DNA from: an uncultured archaeon
GTDB lineage: Archaea > Thermoplasmatota > Thermoplasmata > Thermoplasmatales > Thermoplasmataceae
DNA length: 64,000 bases
Assembly (NCBI GenBank): GCA_000965745.1
Contig: CP009479.1
Location: 1,440,001-1,504,000 of the forward strand
Reading direction: 5' to 3'
The notes under the pieces were generated by a model. The model worked only from the letters and a program-made list of their open reading frames with translations, was not told the origin of the DNA and did no database searches. Within the stretch, counting starts at the first letter, position 1, and every line of letters begins with the position of its first letter. The translations under genes were made by a program, and so were the position numbers. Positions 1-10,689 of this stretch are shown in pieces.

Positions 1-1
1 C

Positions 2-214
2 TACAGCAGTTCTGCGATCATCTCATTAGTATGGGCGCTTTCTTTCCTGATCAGGATGGGCATAATCACCTACCTGCCGCTCATACAGGTAAGCGTTGCA
101 ATCTTCTCCTCTGTTGTGCTGGATATCGCCACAGGACTTATCCTCGGAGAGTCGCTTAAAATATACAGGACGTACAGGAGGAACTTTTCAGGTGCGGATG
201 CCTCTCCGGCATGA
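2..214 (+). CDS. 3' end of a hydrophobic membrane protein (5'-truncated by the window edge)
   Basis: My translation of frame 2: YSSSAIISLVWALSFLIRMGIITYLPLIQVSVAIFSSVVLDIATGLILGESLKIYRTYRRNF...*, two hydrophobic helices, stop TGA at 212-214. Confidence 0.6.
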   Translation, partial: YSSSAIISLVWALSFLIRMGIITYLPLIQVSVAIFSSVVLDIATGLILGESLKIYRTYRRNFSGADASPA

Positions 215-219
215 TGAAC

Positions 220-260
220 CATGCGAAATTATTCGAAAAAACAAATTTCGCATGCGAAAT
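220..260. repeat. Three copies of CATGCGAAAT (two direct, one inverted), including the perfect 16-bp palindrome ATTTCGCATGCGAAAT at 245-260
   Basis: Read directly: CATGCGAAATT 220-230 pairs with AATTTCGCATG 244-254. Confidence 0.75.
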
Positions 261-417
261 GGTGTCAGACAACTGTATATAGTTATGCAACTGGCTGTAC
301 AGGCATACATGTATGGGCTTAATATCTCGAGACTTCCTATATCCCGTTCTTTTCGGACGAAAGATTTATTATTATAGCGCAGTTGTGATTTACCACGCAT
401 TGGCTGTGTGATTTACG

Positions 418-897
418 ATGAAAGAAGTAATACAGAGACAAGATAAGGCAGTATCACCAATAATTGCAACTATATTGCTGATCGCCATTACAGTGGTCCT
501 GGCTGCAACTTTATACACTATTCTTGGCGGCTACACAACATTCCTTGGGGCATCCACTCCCACGGCGTCAGTTCAGGTAACAAATTCGTCGACATCTACT
601 CTCCCGTTCTATTTTGTCTACGTGGAGCAATTCGGCGGCAACGTATCGCTTAACTCAGTTCAGCTTAGGATAACGGAGGCCAACAACTCGATCTACGTTG
701 TACCGTTGGCTCAAGGCACTACTAGCATTGCAGGTGGCCTGTGGAATCTAACAGTAAGGGGCTCTTCATATCTGAGTGCTTCTACGGCCATGACACTACA
801 GGGAAACAAAGGGTTATCACCACTTCCTTTCATAGTGCAGATACAGCTGATTGACCTGAAAACAAACGGAGTAATTTCCACGAATACTGTCCAGTAG
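418..897 (+). CDS. Archaeal type IV pilin / archaellin-like N-terminal domain protein
   Basis: Class III signal peptide KA|VSPIIATILLIAITVVLAA followed by a Ser/Thr-rich beta domain. Confidence 0.88.
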   Translation: MKEVIQRQDKAVSPIIATILLIAITVVLAATLYTILGGYTTFLGASTPTASVQVTNSSTSTLPFYFVYVEQFGGNVSLNSVQLRITEANNSIYVVPLAQGTTSIAGGLWNLTVRGSSYLSASTAMTLQGNKGLSPLPFIVQIQLIDLKTNGVISTNTVQ

Positions 898-980
898 TAT
901 TCATTTATATTATTTTATAAGAAAAAAATAGAACGGTTATAGTAAGATTTCAAGGAAAGATCTAACCAGCCTCTCCCGCT

Positions 981-3065
981 TCATTGTTTCCTTGAAAGCA
1001 GCTTGATTAAGTCTTCCGGCTTATATACCGGCGGGTAACAGGTATTGTCTGAACACACATAGACCGTGGTTTTTCCGCCTTCCATTTCCGTGTTCCTTAC
1101 CCTTTCCGAAAGTTCCCGTATCTTTTGATCTTCGCCGTCATAAAGAACTGTTACTTTGTTTGGGAGGAACCTCTGCCTGAGCTCATCTACAATCTGAACA
1201 GTCGCCGGCAGATCTTTGTTCCCGGCAACAGTGATCTCGAATGACGGTCCAACTGCAAAGTCTATTGCAGTCGCCAGGAACGTGTGATACATGGGCCCCA
1301 TCCTCATGTCCTCTGCCACCGAACTTGCCACCTTGAACGCCTTTTCCCTCAGTTCTTCATCACCCTTTATCAGCGATATCCTGAGCATGTTCAGCATCTG
1401 GACGGAATTTCCCGATGGCACTGCCCCGTCGTGCCCCTCTTTTGGCCTTATAAGAACCGTTTCGGAAGAATCGGGAGTGTAATAGAAACCACCGCTCTTC
1501 CCATCCCAGAAATGCTCCAGCGAGTAATCCATAAGTTTCATGGCGCATGCAAGGTACTTCGCCTCGAAAGTTGCCTCATACAGCTCAAGGAGCCCCCATG
1601 TGAGGAACGCGTAGTCATCGATGAATCCGTCAACAGCAGCTTCCCCGTCCCTGTATCTGTGCAGGAGCTTTCCGTCTGAATACATCCTGTCGAGAATGAA
1701 ATCTGCTGCTTTCTGTGCAATATCCAAGTATTCCTGGTCGGAAAATTTCTGGAACGACCTTGACAACGCCGCTATCATCAGGCCATTCATATCGGCAAGC
1801 ACCTTGTCATCCATATGGGGGTAAACTCTCTTGCTCCTGCGTTCCAGAAGTTTTTCTCTCAATGAGTTTATCTTCGAAATGAATTCTTCATCTCCTTCGT
1901 CCCGACTGCCTGCAATCTTCCTCAGCAACTGCTCCAGGAAAAGGATATTCTTTCCGGTGCTTCTGCCTGTTGCCTCTTCAACATAATTACCTTCTGGGTC
2001 TATGTTGAAGACCTCCGCAAACAGCTCACCATCATCGTTGCCCAGGGCTGACATGATCTCTTCCCATTTCCAGGTGTAGTATTTTCCCTCCTCATTTTCA
2101 CTGTCAGCATCTATCGCAGTGTACACTCCGCCTTCAGGGCTGAGCATTTCGCGCTTTACAAACTCGAGGATCTCGTCGGATACGTGCTTGTAGAAATCAT
2201 TTCCGGTCAGGACAAAAGCATCAGTGTAGGCGAGCATTAGAAGTGCCTGGTCATAAATCATCTTCTCGAAATGCGGGAGGAACCATCCTGAGTCCGTGGA
2301 ATACCTGTGAAATCCGAAGCCGATCTGATCATACACGCCCCCCATCCTCATCCTGAGCAGTGTCTTTTCCACCATTTCAAGACTCTCGGACTCTCCGTGC
2401 CTTTTGAAGTGCCGCATTAGAAACAGGAGGTTGTGCGGCGACGGAAACTTGGGTGCGACCCCAAATCCACCGTTGTCCCTGTCAAAATTCGCCTTAAGGC
2501 TGTCATACACTCTATTCAGGGTCTCTTCATTTACTATGTCACCACTCTGCTCCCTGACAACCTTTTTCATGTTCCCGATCACTTCGTCAGCCTTTGTTTC
2601 AAGATCATTCCTGCTCTCTTTCCAGAGGTCATTTATCCCCTTGGCGAGCTCAACTAACCCCATCTGGCCATGCCTGCTCTCCTTTGGGATGTACGTGAGT
2701 GCGAAAATGGGCTTCTTCTCAGGGGTCATAATTATGTTTAAGGGCCATCCTCCTGATCCAGTCATCATCTGGCTAACAATCATGTAAGTGCTGTCAAGGT
2801 CCGGCCTCTCCTCTCTGTCAACCTTGATGCATACAAATACTTCATTGAGAACCTTGGCAACGCCCTCATCCTCAAAGGACTCCCTTTCCATTACGTGGCA
2901 CCAGTGGCAGGTTGAGTATCCTATACTAAGAAACACAGGTTTATCCTCTTTCCTTGCCTTCTCAAAAGCTTCTTCAGACCATGGGTGCCAGTCCACCGGA
3001 TTATGTGCATGCTGCAGCAGATAAGGGCTTTTTTCATTGATCAGTCTGTTAGTGTGTTCATCCAT
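981..3065 (-). CDS. Thioredoxin-domain / (alpha/alpha)6 barrel protein, YyaL/SSP411 family
   Basis: [37 protein letters not shown] and [10 protein letters not shown] signatures. Confidence 0.93.
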   Translation of the reverse strand: MDEHTNRLINEKSPYLLQHAHNPVDWHPWSEEAFEKARKEDKPVFLSIGYSTCHWCHVMERESFEDEGVAKVLNEVFVCIKVDREERPDLDSTYMIVSQMMTGSGGWPLNIIMTPEKKPIFALTYIPKESRHGQMGLVELAKGINDLWKESRNDLETKADEVIGNMKKVVREQSGDIVNEETLNRVYDSLKANFDRDNGGFGVAPKFPSPHNLLFLMRHFKRHGESESLEMVEKTLLRMRMGGVYDQIGFGFHRYSTDSGWFLPHFEKMIYDQALLMLAYTDAFVLTGNDFYKHVSDEILEFVKREMLSPEGGVYTAIDADSENEEGKYYTWKWEEIMSALGNDDGELFAEVFNIDPEGNYVEEATGRSTGKNILFLEQLLRKIAGSRDEGDEEFISKINSLREKLLERRSKRVYPHMDDKVLADMNGLMIAALSRSFQKFSDQEYLDIAQKAADFILDRMYSDGKLLHRYRDGEAAVDGFIDDYAFLTWGLLELYEATFEAKYLACAMKLMDYSLEHFWDGKSGGFYYTPDSSETVLIRPKEGHDGAVPSGNSVQMLNMLRISLIKGDEELREKAFKVASSVAEDMRMGPMYHTFLATAIDFAVGPSFEITVAGNKDLPATVQIVDELRQRFLPNKVTVLYDGEDQKIRELSERVRNTEMEGGKTTVYVCSDNTCYPPVYKPEDLIKLLSRKQ

Positions 3066-3237
3066 CTTGAAGTCCCCGCATCATGATTTATTTCTCTTAT
3101 TAACAATTGATGTATAGGCAGGGGGAATATTGATTGCTCCAGGCGATGAGTTCAGGCTTGTCTGCATTGATTGAAGTTTCAGCAGAATATGCCGGTAGCC
3201 GATTTTATTTTTAAGCCAGAAGTCACTTCCATGCCTG

Positions 3238-3810
3238 ATGGACTCCATTATACTTGTTAGGCATGGTCAGAGTACCTTGAACGTACAGAGAGTGATATCA
3301 TGCGATCATGGAGGTTACCCTCTCACTCACGTGGGGGGAGGGGAGGTAGAATACCTGTCCTCCCAGCTTACTGGAATTCGCCTGTCAGGGATTCTCTCTT
3401 CCCCGGTGCTAAGGGCACGGCAGACAAGCGAGATAATCTCCAGAGCGTTGCAGCGTGACTACGAAGTGGATAATCGCATCAGGGAATCAGGGCTTGGCAA
3501 GTACAACAATTTCAAAATAACAGGCATGCCGCCTCTGTCCCATGAGGAACTCGGCATGGAATCGTGGGAATCCCACATCGAGAGATTTCTCTCCCTGATT
3601 GATTCCAGAAGTGGAAGGCACATACTGGTCTCACACGCTTATCCAATAAGGGCGATTCTCTCCCACTACCTTGGTTTGGGGGAACATGAAAGCCTTGGAA
3701 TTGAGGTAAGAAATGCAACAGCATCGGTCATCGACGTTGAAAACAGGATAGTCCTAAGCATTGGATCTTCAATTATAAGCGGCAGGGTTCTGGAATTCCT
3801 AAGGTCATGA
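3238..3810 (+). CDS. Histidine phosphatase (dPGM-like) family protein
   Basis: RHG catalytic motif (LVRHGQS), SSPVLRARQT, LVSH. Confidence 0.88.
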   Translation: MDSIILVRHGQSTLNVQRVISCDHGGYPLTHVGGGEVEYLSSQLTGIRLSGILSSPVLRARQTSEIISRALQRDYEVDNRIRESGLGKYNNFKITGMPPLSHEELGMESWESHIERFLSLIDSRSGRHILVSHAYPIRAILSHYLGLGEHESLGIEVRNATASVIDVENRIVLSIGSSIISGRVLEFLRS

Positions 3811-3828
3811 GGAATGATGCTGCCTTTG

Positions 3829-4293
3829 CTACTCTTTGCTGTAAATCTCTCGGACTCTTCCACTTATCAGCTCTCCAACGTCAGCTAGAAATACTTCATC
3901 TTCTTTGTTGAATGCTGATGCAGTGTTGGAATCAAGATCGAGCTCTCCAATAGGCAACTGCCCATCCCTGATTGGCACAACAAGTTCGGACCTGGTTGAA
4001 CGGAAGCAGGCAAGATAATCGGAATTTGATGTCACATCAGGCTCATTGACTATGGCGTTTGTCACAATTGCCTTGCTGCAAAGGCCGTCCCCTATGGATA
4101 TGACATTATGTTCTGTCTTCTCCCCTGCAAACGTGTCGAGAACCAGCTTCTCACCTTTTACAACGTAAATGCCGACCCAATTGTAATTCCCGTTAACATT
4201 CATCAGCTCTTTGCAGACAAACTCAAAAAGCTCCTTTCTGTCTCCGCTCAATCTGGACTTCAGCAACTTAAGAAACTGTTCCCCGCTCTCCAT
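3829..4293 (-). CDS. msrC: GAF-domain free methionine-R-sulfoxide reductase (start re-assigned to MESGEQ at 4293)
   Basis: NWVGIY, GDGLCS, YLAC, RSELVVPI and GELDLDS motifs; the ORF-track extension overlaps cysS. Confidence 0.8.
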   Translation of the reverse strand: MESGEQFLKLLKSRLSGDRKELFEFVCKELMNVNGNYNWVGIYVVKGEKLVLDTFAGEKTEHNVISIGDGLCSKAIVTNAIVNEPDVTSNSDYLACFRSTRSELVVPIRDGQLPIGELDLDSNTASAFNKEDEVFLADVGELISGRVREIYSKE

Positions 4294-4418
4294 TGCAATC
4301 ATTATCCTTTCTGCATTTATACCCGTTTCCTGTCGTGGAAAACTACAGTAGCTGTACAGTGCAACGGGCAAAATCAGGTAAATTATTAAGTGAACTTCGC
4401 ATTTATTGATAATCACAG

Positions 4419-5789
4419 ATGTTCTTCCACAACACCTTAACAAGGAGCCCGCAGGAGTTCAAACCTATGCACAGGGGGAGGATTAACCTCTTTGTCTGCG
4501 GACCGACGGTGCAGGATCACTTCCACATCGGCCACGCGCGCACATACATCTTCTTTGATGCAGTTGCAAAGTTTCTGAGGAAAACCGGGTACTCCGTATT
4601 CTACCTTCAGAACATCACCGATATAGATGACAAGATAATTAACCGCGCAAAGGAAGAGAAGTCTGATCCTCTTGAACTAGCCGAATCATATCTCGAGGAA
4701 TACTACCGGGAGATGAAGGAACTGAAGGTTGACAGCATTAACTTCTATGCCAGGGCAACTCTTCACATCGATGAGATCGTTTCCCAGATTGAGAGGCTGG
4801 TTTCCGCCGGACTTGCCTACGAAACAGAAGATGGCGTCTACTTCGAGGTGAGGAAGTTCAAAGATTATGGGGAACTCTCCGGGCAGAATCTCGACCAGAT
4901 CAAGCATGGTGTTAGAACTGACATAAGCGAAAGCAAGAGAAACCCGGAAGACTTCGTTGTATGGAAGAAAATGAAACCGGGAGAGCCATTCTGGGACTCT
5001 CCATGGGGCAAGGGAAGGCCTGGGTGGCACGTTGAGGATACCGCAATAACCGAGTCTTATTTCGGCGAGGAGTATGACATACACGGTGCAGGATCTGACC
5101 TTATATTCCCGCACCACGAAGCTGAAAATGCCATTGCCCGCTCGCTTTCTGGAAAGAAGCACCTTGCAAGATACTGGATCCATACCGGAATGCTGAATGT
5201 GAACAGTGAGAAAATGTCAAAATCCCTGAAGAACTTCAGAACAATTTCGGAAATACTTGAAAACTACTCCCCTGAAGTCCTGAGGTACGCGATGCTAAAT
5301 GCGAATTACAGGACAATGCTGGACTTTTCAGAAGAAATGATGGAAAGCTCCAGAGAAAATGTGGGTTATATAACTAAAGTCTACAAAAGGCTGAAAAAGG
5401 TCAAGGGAAAGGAGGGGAAGTTTAAGATCGATCTAAAGTCAGAACTTTCGACACTCACGAAGGCGATGGAGGCCGACTTTGACACACGCGGAGTGATAAT
5501 GAGGCTTCTAGAAATATGCTCGGACATAAACAGGAATATAGAAAGCATATCATCAGAGTCTGCGGACTCAATCATTGAACTCCTGGACTGGGCTAACAGC
5601 TTTCTGGGAATAGTTGAAAGCGGTGAGCAGCCATTGGGCTACGGCCTTATTTCATCCATTCTTGAAATAAGGAAAGACCTCAGGAAGAAGAAGGAGTTCG
5701 ATCTTTCCGACAGAATAAGGGCCGAGTTGAAGGCATACGGGATCTACATTGAAGATGTGAATGGCGGGACGGAATGGTGGTTCGAATAA
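4419..5789 (+). CDS. cysS: Cysteine--tRNA ligase
   Basis: CGPTV, HIGH, GRPGWH, DLIFPHHE, KMSKS. Confidence 0.97.
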   Translation: MFFHNTLTRSPQEFKPMHRGRINLFVCGPTVQDHFHIGHARTYIFFDAVAKFLRKTGYSVFYLQNITDIDDKIINRAKEEKSDPLELAESYLEEYYREMKELKVDSINFYARATLHIDEIVSQIERLVSAGLAYETEDGVYFEVRKFKDYGELSGQNLDQIKHGVRTDISESKRNPEDFVVWKKMKPGEPFWDSPWGKGRPGWHVEDTAITESYFGEEYDIHGAGSDLIFPHHEAENAIARSLSGKKHLARYWIHTGMLNVNSEKMSKSLKNFRTISEILENYSPEVLRYAMLNANYRTMLDFSEEMMESSRENVGYITKVYKRLKKVKGKEGKFKIDLKSELSTLTKAMEADFDTRGVIMRLLEICSDINRNIESISSESADSIIELLDWANSFLGIVESGEQPLGYGLISSILEIRKDLRKKKEFDLSDRIRAELKAYGIYIEDVNGGTEWWFE

Positions 5790-5805
5790 ACCATGAAGGA
5801 AGCAG

Positions 5806-6360
5806 GTGATATTCACGGCAGATGATGGGAATGCAGCCCTTGTGGTAGTTGACATCGTAAATGATTTTGTTACAGGGGTGTTCGGATCCGACAAGGCAAA
5901 AAAGACTGCAAATCTAGTTGCCTCTGTCCTCAAAGACGTCCAGGGTAGAATTCCGGTCATATTCACGAAGGACTCGCACCTCAAGGATGACCCTGAGTTC
6001 AAGGTATGGGGTGAACACTGCATTGACGGAACAGGCGGATCAGAATTGTATCCGGCGCTTTCGGGATTTACAGGTTTTCATATCAAGAAGAGGCACTTCG
6101 ACTCGTTCTTCGACTCTGATCTTGACGGCCTTCTTCGTGCAAAGGGGATAAAAAGGATTTACCTATGCGGCATAAGCACCGATATCTGCGTTCTTCACAC
6201 TGCGTCCGGGGCCTTTTACAGGTACTACGACATAACAGTGGTCGATGACATGTGTACATCGATCGACCCTTCAAAACACTCTGAAGCGCTGAAAAACATG
6301 AAGACTAACTACGGGGCAAGAATAATAAGCTCAAAGGAATTTATAGAGGAGGTTGTATAA
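5806..6360 (+). CDS. pncA: Nicotinamidase / isochorismatase-family cysteine hydrolase
   Basis: [22 protein letters not shown]; directly upstream of pncB. Confidence 0.85.
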   Translation: MIFTADDGNAALVVVDIVNDFVTGVFGSDKAKKTANLVASVLKDVQGRIPVIFTKDSHLKDDPEFKVWGEHCIDGTGGSELYPALSGFTGFHIKKRHFDSFFDSDLDGLLRAKGIKRIYLCGISTDICVLHTASGAFYRYYDITVVDDMCTSIDPSKHSEALKNMKTNYGARIISSKEFIEEVV

Positions 6361-7579
6361 TACGAAAAACATGGTTCTTTTGGAGACAGAACGAATGTTC
6401 AACATTGCTACCGATGAGGATATACTTGGAGGGGATGCATCTGACGTATATTTCCAGAGGAGCATTTCAGGCATTAAGAAGAAAGGCTTTGACTATGATG
6501 TATCAGCAGAATTCACTGTTTCAGGGCCCCTCAACACATGGCTCAATTTTTCAGGCCTGGACGAAGTTGTAAATGCCCTGGAAGGAAGGAACGTCGATCT
6601 ATATGCGATTCCGGAAGGGACAGTAATGAACCCGAGGGATTCTGACGGAATTCCTGTGCCGTTTCTCAGAATAGAGGGAAAATACAGTGAATTCGGGGAA
6701 ATGGAGACTGCAATTCTCGGTTTTATCTGCCAGTCGACAGGCATTTCAACAGAAGCATCAAAGGTCAGGATTGCAGCTGGAGACCTGCCGTTCTTCTCCT
6801 TCGGCATCAGAAGAATGCACCCCGCCATATCTCCAATGATAGACAGGGCAGCTTTCATCGGTGGAGCGGACGGCGTTTCGGGAATACTGGGGGCAAAGAT
6901 AGTGGGCCTTGAACCTCTCGGGACAATGCCTCATGCACTTTCTCTGCTTGCAGGTGACGATGAAGCCTGGGCAATCTCACAGATGAACATCCCAAAAGGC
7001 CACAAGAAAGTGCTCCTTATCGATACCTACATGGACGAGAAGTTTGCCGCAATGAAGGCGGCAGACATGTTCCCCAATGTTGATTATCTGCGTTTAGACA
7101 CTCCGGGTTCGAGGAGAGGGAATTTCCCGGCACTTCTAAGGGAAGTGAGGTGGGAACTCGACCTTCGCGGCCACTCAAAAGTGAAGCTGATGGTGACAGG
7201 CGGGCTGAATGCAGAGTCAGTGAGTCAGTTGAAAGAAGCAGGTGCTGACGCTTTCGGAGTTGGAACATCAATATCATCTGCAAGGCCCTTCGATTTCGCC
7301 ATGGATATTGTTTCAGTCAGGGGAGCTCCATTGACCAAGAGGGGAAAGTTTTCAGGCACAAAGAATGTCTTCAGGTGCCCTTCCTGTGGAAGGATCGAAG
7401 TCAAACCTTCAAAAACAACTAGGAAAACCTGTTCCTGTGGAAAGAGGATGGAGCCTATGCTGAAGAAATTCATCGAGGCTGGAAAAGAAGCTGGAAACTA
7501 CGAGCATCCAAAAGAGATAAGGGAGCGTTCAGTGAAGGAAATCTCGAAGTTCGGGACAATGTTCAACCGGGATCAGTGA
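6353..7579 (+). CDS. pncB: Nicotinate phosphoribosyltransferase (true start perhaps 6371 or 6395)
   Basis: [28 protein letters not shown]-terminal CxxC..CxC ribbon. Confidence 0.92.
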   Translation: MYNTKNMVLLETERMFNIATDEDILGGDASDVYFQRSISGIKKKGFDYDVSAEFTVSGPLNTWLNFSGLDEVVNALEGRNVDLYAIPEGTVMNPRDSDGIPVPFLRIEGKYSEFGEMETAILGFICQSTGISTEASKVRIAAGDLPFFSFGIRRMHPAISPMIDRAAFIGGADGVSGILGAKIVGLEPLGTMPHALSLLAGDDEAWAISQMNIPKGHKKVLLIDTYMDEKFAAMKAADMFPNVDYLRLDTPGSRRGNFPALLREVRWELDLRGHSKVKLMVTGGLNAESVSQLKEAGADAFGVGTSISSARPFDFAMDIVSVRGAPLTKRGKFSGTKNVFRCPSCGRIEVKPSKTTRKTCSCGKRMEPMLKKFIEAGKEAGNYEHPKEIRERSVKEISKFGTMFNRDQ

Positions 7580-7947
7580 GATCTGCAATCTTTCTCGAAC
7601 TCTTCAAAGTTCAACAGGATATCCCGCAGAACAACTGCATTGTTGTGACTTTCATCCTTTGCAGCATATAGCAGTGTTATCAGGCCTGAATCAGCCAATC
7701 GGCGCAAGTCCTTCAGCAGCTCATTTTCGCACAACTCTCTTGCATAGTCTTCCCGGAATTGGTTCCAGTTCTCCGGTCTGTGCGCAAATTTTTTCCTGGT
7801 CTCGATGGAAGGTGCAATTTCTTTCATCCACGTCCAAACCGAGGCATCCTCTTTTCTGATGCCCCTCGGCCACAGGCGGTCGACAAGGATCCTCTTTCCG
7901 TCCAACTTTTCTGCCGGTTCATAAGCACGCTTGATCTTCACGGTCAT
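7573..7947 (-). CDS. DUF488 (YeaO) family protein
   Basis: [28 protein letters not shown]. Confidence 0.9.
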   Translation of the reverse strand: MTVKIKRAYEPAEKLDGKRILVDRLWPRGIRKEDASVWTWMKEIAPSIETRKKFAHRPENWNQFREDYARELCENELLKDLRRLADSGLITLLYAAKDESHNNAVVLRDILLNFEEFEKDCRSH

Positions 7948-8050
7948 GGATTGAATATCATATCTTAGGATTTGTATATAAGCTGATGCCTCTCCCGGAT
8001 AGATCCCGGTCCAGAGTCACATTAAACTATGGGCTGCCCATGTTGTTATC

Positions 8051-8788
8051 ATGAACCATTCCGGCGGCATGGGTGCTGGAAAATGGAACCTGGAAGCTGT
8101 CCTGAGCCAGCTGAGGAAACTATCCAAAAGAGAATACAGGGATGGGATGGCAGGCTTCGGCATCAAAATGGACAGGACACTTGGGGTCCCCGTGCCTGAT
8201 ATCAGGAAGCTGGCCAAAATAATTGGAACGGATCATGTGCTTTCATTGGAGCTTTGGGATTCAGGAATACACGAGGCAAGAATCCTCTCGAGCATGACGG
8301 CGGATCCTGCGAAGATCACGGAAGAAGAAATGGAAAGGATGGCAGGGGAAATAGATTCATGGGACATATGCGACAACATCTGCGGAGAACTCTTTCTGAA
8401 AACACCATTCGCAGAAAGAAAGATAACTGAATGGTCGAGAAGAGAGGAAGAGTTTGTAAAGAGGGCCGCCTTTGTCCTGATTGCCTATTTCGCAGTTCAT
8501 AGGAAAAACATGGACGATGAACAATTCATTCAATATCTCGACCTTATAAAGGAAGGGGCCAATGATGACAGGAACTATGTCAAGAAAGGGGTGGACTGGG
8601 CGCTCAGGCAGATAGGCAAAAGAAGCCTGAAACTCAACAGGCTTGCCGTTGAAGTTGCTAAGGCCCTGAAGGACTCTGGTTCAGGGCCTGAAAAGTGGAT
8701 CGGCTCACGCTCATACCGGGAACTTGCAAGTCAAAGAGTGCAGGAAAGGCTAAAGGCGAAACAGGAAAAAAAATTGAAACATATTTAA
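8051..8788 (+). CDS. DNA alkylation repair protein, AlkD-like HEAT-repeat glycosylase
   Basis: GVPVPDIR, SWDICD, YVKKGVDWALRQIGKR. Confidence 0.88.
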   Translation: MNHSGGMGAGKWNLEAVLSQLRKLSKREYRDGMAGFGIKMDRTLGVPVPDIRKLAKIIGTDHVLSLELWDSGIHEARILSSMTADPAKITEEEMERMAGEIDSWDICDNICGELFLKTPFAERKITEWSRREEEFVKRAAFVLIAYFAVHRKNMDDEQFIQYLDLIKEGANDDRNYVKKGVDWALRQIGKRSLKLNRLAVEVAKALKDSGSGPEKWIGSRSYRELASQRVQERLKAKQEKKLKHI

Positions 8789-8815
8789 CTGCCTGTCGAT
8801 AGAGAGTATAAAAAA

Positions 8816-10495
8816 TTAGGAAGATATATTCGAGGACGTGCTGGAAGGTTGTTCCACCTTGTCGGAAGAATCCATCCAGTTCGGAATGTACCCGAACCTC
8901 TTCTTGAACTGGTTCCTGAGGAACCTCAATATGTATCCGCTTATTGCGTATGTTCCAAGGATTGTTCCCACTCTTGTCAGCATGTTGAAGCTCTGCGTTG
9001 CCAGCCATATGCTGTCGGTGAACTCTCTCGCATTGTGTTTCCATGCTGTGTAGTATAGCTTCCAGTGATTCTCGCTCATCATGTCGTAATCCATAGTCCT
9101 TTCCGGCTTGTGGTAGTCAACATACAGAAGCGGAGCAACTATGCCCTTCATCTTGTCCTTGACAGAAAGCCTGTTGATGAAATCGGTAGTCATGTCAACC
9201 TCGTCAGGCTCCTCATCGGGATGTCCCACAACCAGGGTTATTGCCGGGTAATAGTAATTACTGTTCATTATCTTTACAGCTTCCCTTATAGTTTCAGGAT
9301 ACTCCTCCGGGCTGTAGGGCTTCATCTTGTAAGGCATGTATTTCTTGACAAGCCTCGGTGAAATCCATTCCAGGCCAGGCTGGACACCCATCCATTCATC
9401 AGGGCTCAGCTCGTTGATATGAGAGATTTTGCTAATCATGTCAGGCGCGGCCCTTACTCCCGCAAATGTCCAGTGTGTCGAACCTATCCTTCTTGCACCT
9501 GCATTCCTGAGGGACTGAAACAGATCCACAATAGCGTCTTCATTGGGCACCTTATCCTTGTTGTCGCACCCATAGAGAGTGAGCTCTTCGGTAAGAAGCC
9601 AGACCGAGTCATAACCCTTCTTTATGTTTACACTTGCTTCACGAACCAGCCTGTCGATGGGGAAATCCCTCTTGGTTCTCAGGTTTGGGGCACAGAAATC
9701 ACAACCTCTGCCGCATCCCCTCATTATTTCCACTGTACCGGTCAGGGTACCTCTCTTGATTTCAGGGATCTCGTCCAGGTCCCCTATGCTGTTCGTCATT
9801 GACCTTATGACCTCAGGGGCCTCTTCGCTCTCTATCCTTTCGAAAATGTCAGGAGCGGTTACGTCCGCCTCACCCTCAATTACGTAATCCACTCCGAGTT
9901 CTTCTTTAACCCATGGGTCTATTCCTGTTCTCTTCCTGTTAACTGTATCTGTGTCGCCACTGTATTTCGAAGCGTCTCTGCCAAGAGGTGTAAGCTGCCT
10001 TCTCATGTAATCTGTGAACGGATTCAGCAGTTGCCACGATCCGGGACCTCCGACTGCGACCTTGAAGCCGTACTTCTCCTTGAGCTTCTTCAGTTTTTTC
10101 GTGACCCGTGTAAACCACATCCTGTTCCACGGATCATTGTTCCAGCTGATTGCTGTATCTACTGTCCCTATCCCAAGCGGGCTCATCTCGGTAAGTCCGA
10201 CAATCCTGGTATCCTTGTCTATTGCTTTTTCAAGCTCAAAAGGGTGCTGTGCAGTAACAGCTTCCTGCCCGTATCTGTTTTCAAGAGACTGTTGAACTCT
10301 CCTCAAACCAAGGGGTGCCAGTTCCATTTCCCCAGTCTTCCTGTTATATGTGTCATTCGTCGGGCAAATCATCGAATAAATTGGGCCCGGGGATACCTTG
10401 GCGGGCCCGCAAGAAAGAAACCCGAAGAGGAAATTACCTCTAAAATTGGATACCTGCGACCGATCTGCGGTCATAACATACTTCTTTCCAGACAT
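8816..10495 (-). CDS. B12-binding radical SAM enzyme of the GDGT-modifying (Grs/Gms/Gmm) family, most likely a GDGT ring synthase
   Basis: N-terminal TADRS..SNFRG.FL.GF..C, APLGLRRV, VGGPGSWQ, IEGEAD and CxxxCxxC (RGCGRGCDFC). Confidence 0.7.
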   Translation of the reverse strand: MSGKKYVMTADRSQVSNFRGNFLFGFLSCGPAKVSPGPIYSMICPTNDTYNRKTGEMELAPLGLRRVQQSLENRYGQEAVTAQHPFELEKAIDKDTRIVGLTEMSPLGIGTVDTAISWNNDPWNRMWFTRVTKKLKKLKEKYGFKVAVGGPGSWQLLNPFTDYMRRQLTPLGRDASKYSGDTDTVNRKRTGIDPWVKEELGVDYVIEGEADVTAPDIFERIESEEAPEVIRSMTNSIGDLDEIPEIKRGTLTGTVEIMRGCGRGCDFCAPNLRTKRDFPIDRLVREASVNIKKGYDSVWLLTEELTLYGCDNKDKVPNEDAIVDLFQSLRNAGARRIGSTHWTFAGVRAAPDMISKISHINELSPDEWMGVQPGLEWISPRLVKKYMPYKMKPYSPEEYPETIREAVKIMNSNYYYPAITLVVGHPDEEPDEVDMTTDFINRLSVKDKMKGIVAPLLYVDYHKPERTMDYDMMSENHWKLYYTAWKHNAREFTDSIWLATQSFNMLTRVGTILGTYAISGYILRFLRNQFKKRFGYIPNWMDSSDKVEQPSSTSSNISS

Positions 10496-10689
10496 TCATT
10501 CACCTCCAATAATATAGGACGTTATGATACTAAAAAGATTTCGTTTGGTTAATTTGTCTCTCGAATCAATTATTTATAGTTTTTCCAAGCTATAATCATA
10601 CTGGTGTTTATCACATCTAAAGGGCCCCGTTATCGTCTCGGGAATATTTCAAGCCCCGAGCCCGAATAAACCGGGAATTTCTACTGGCC

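Noticed and set aside
211-270. C/D box sRNA starting at ATGATGA
   Set aside because: The box C-like word overlaps a stop codon and no properly placed CTGA box D follows
4294-4443. N-terminal extension of the GAF ORF
   Set aside because: Overlaps the cysS start and divergent promoter; MESGEQ at 4293 gives a normal-length protein
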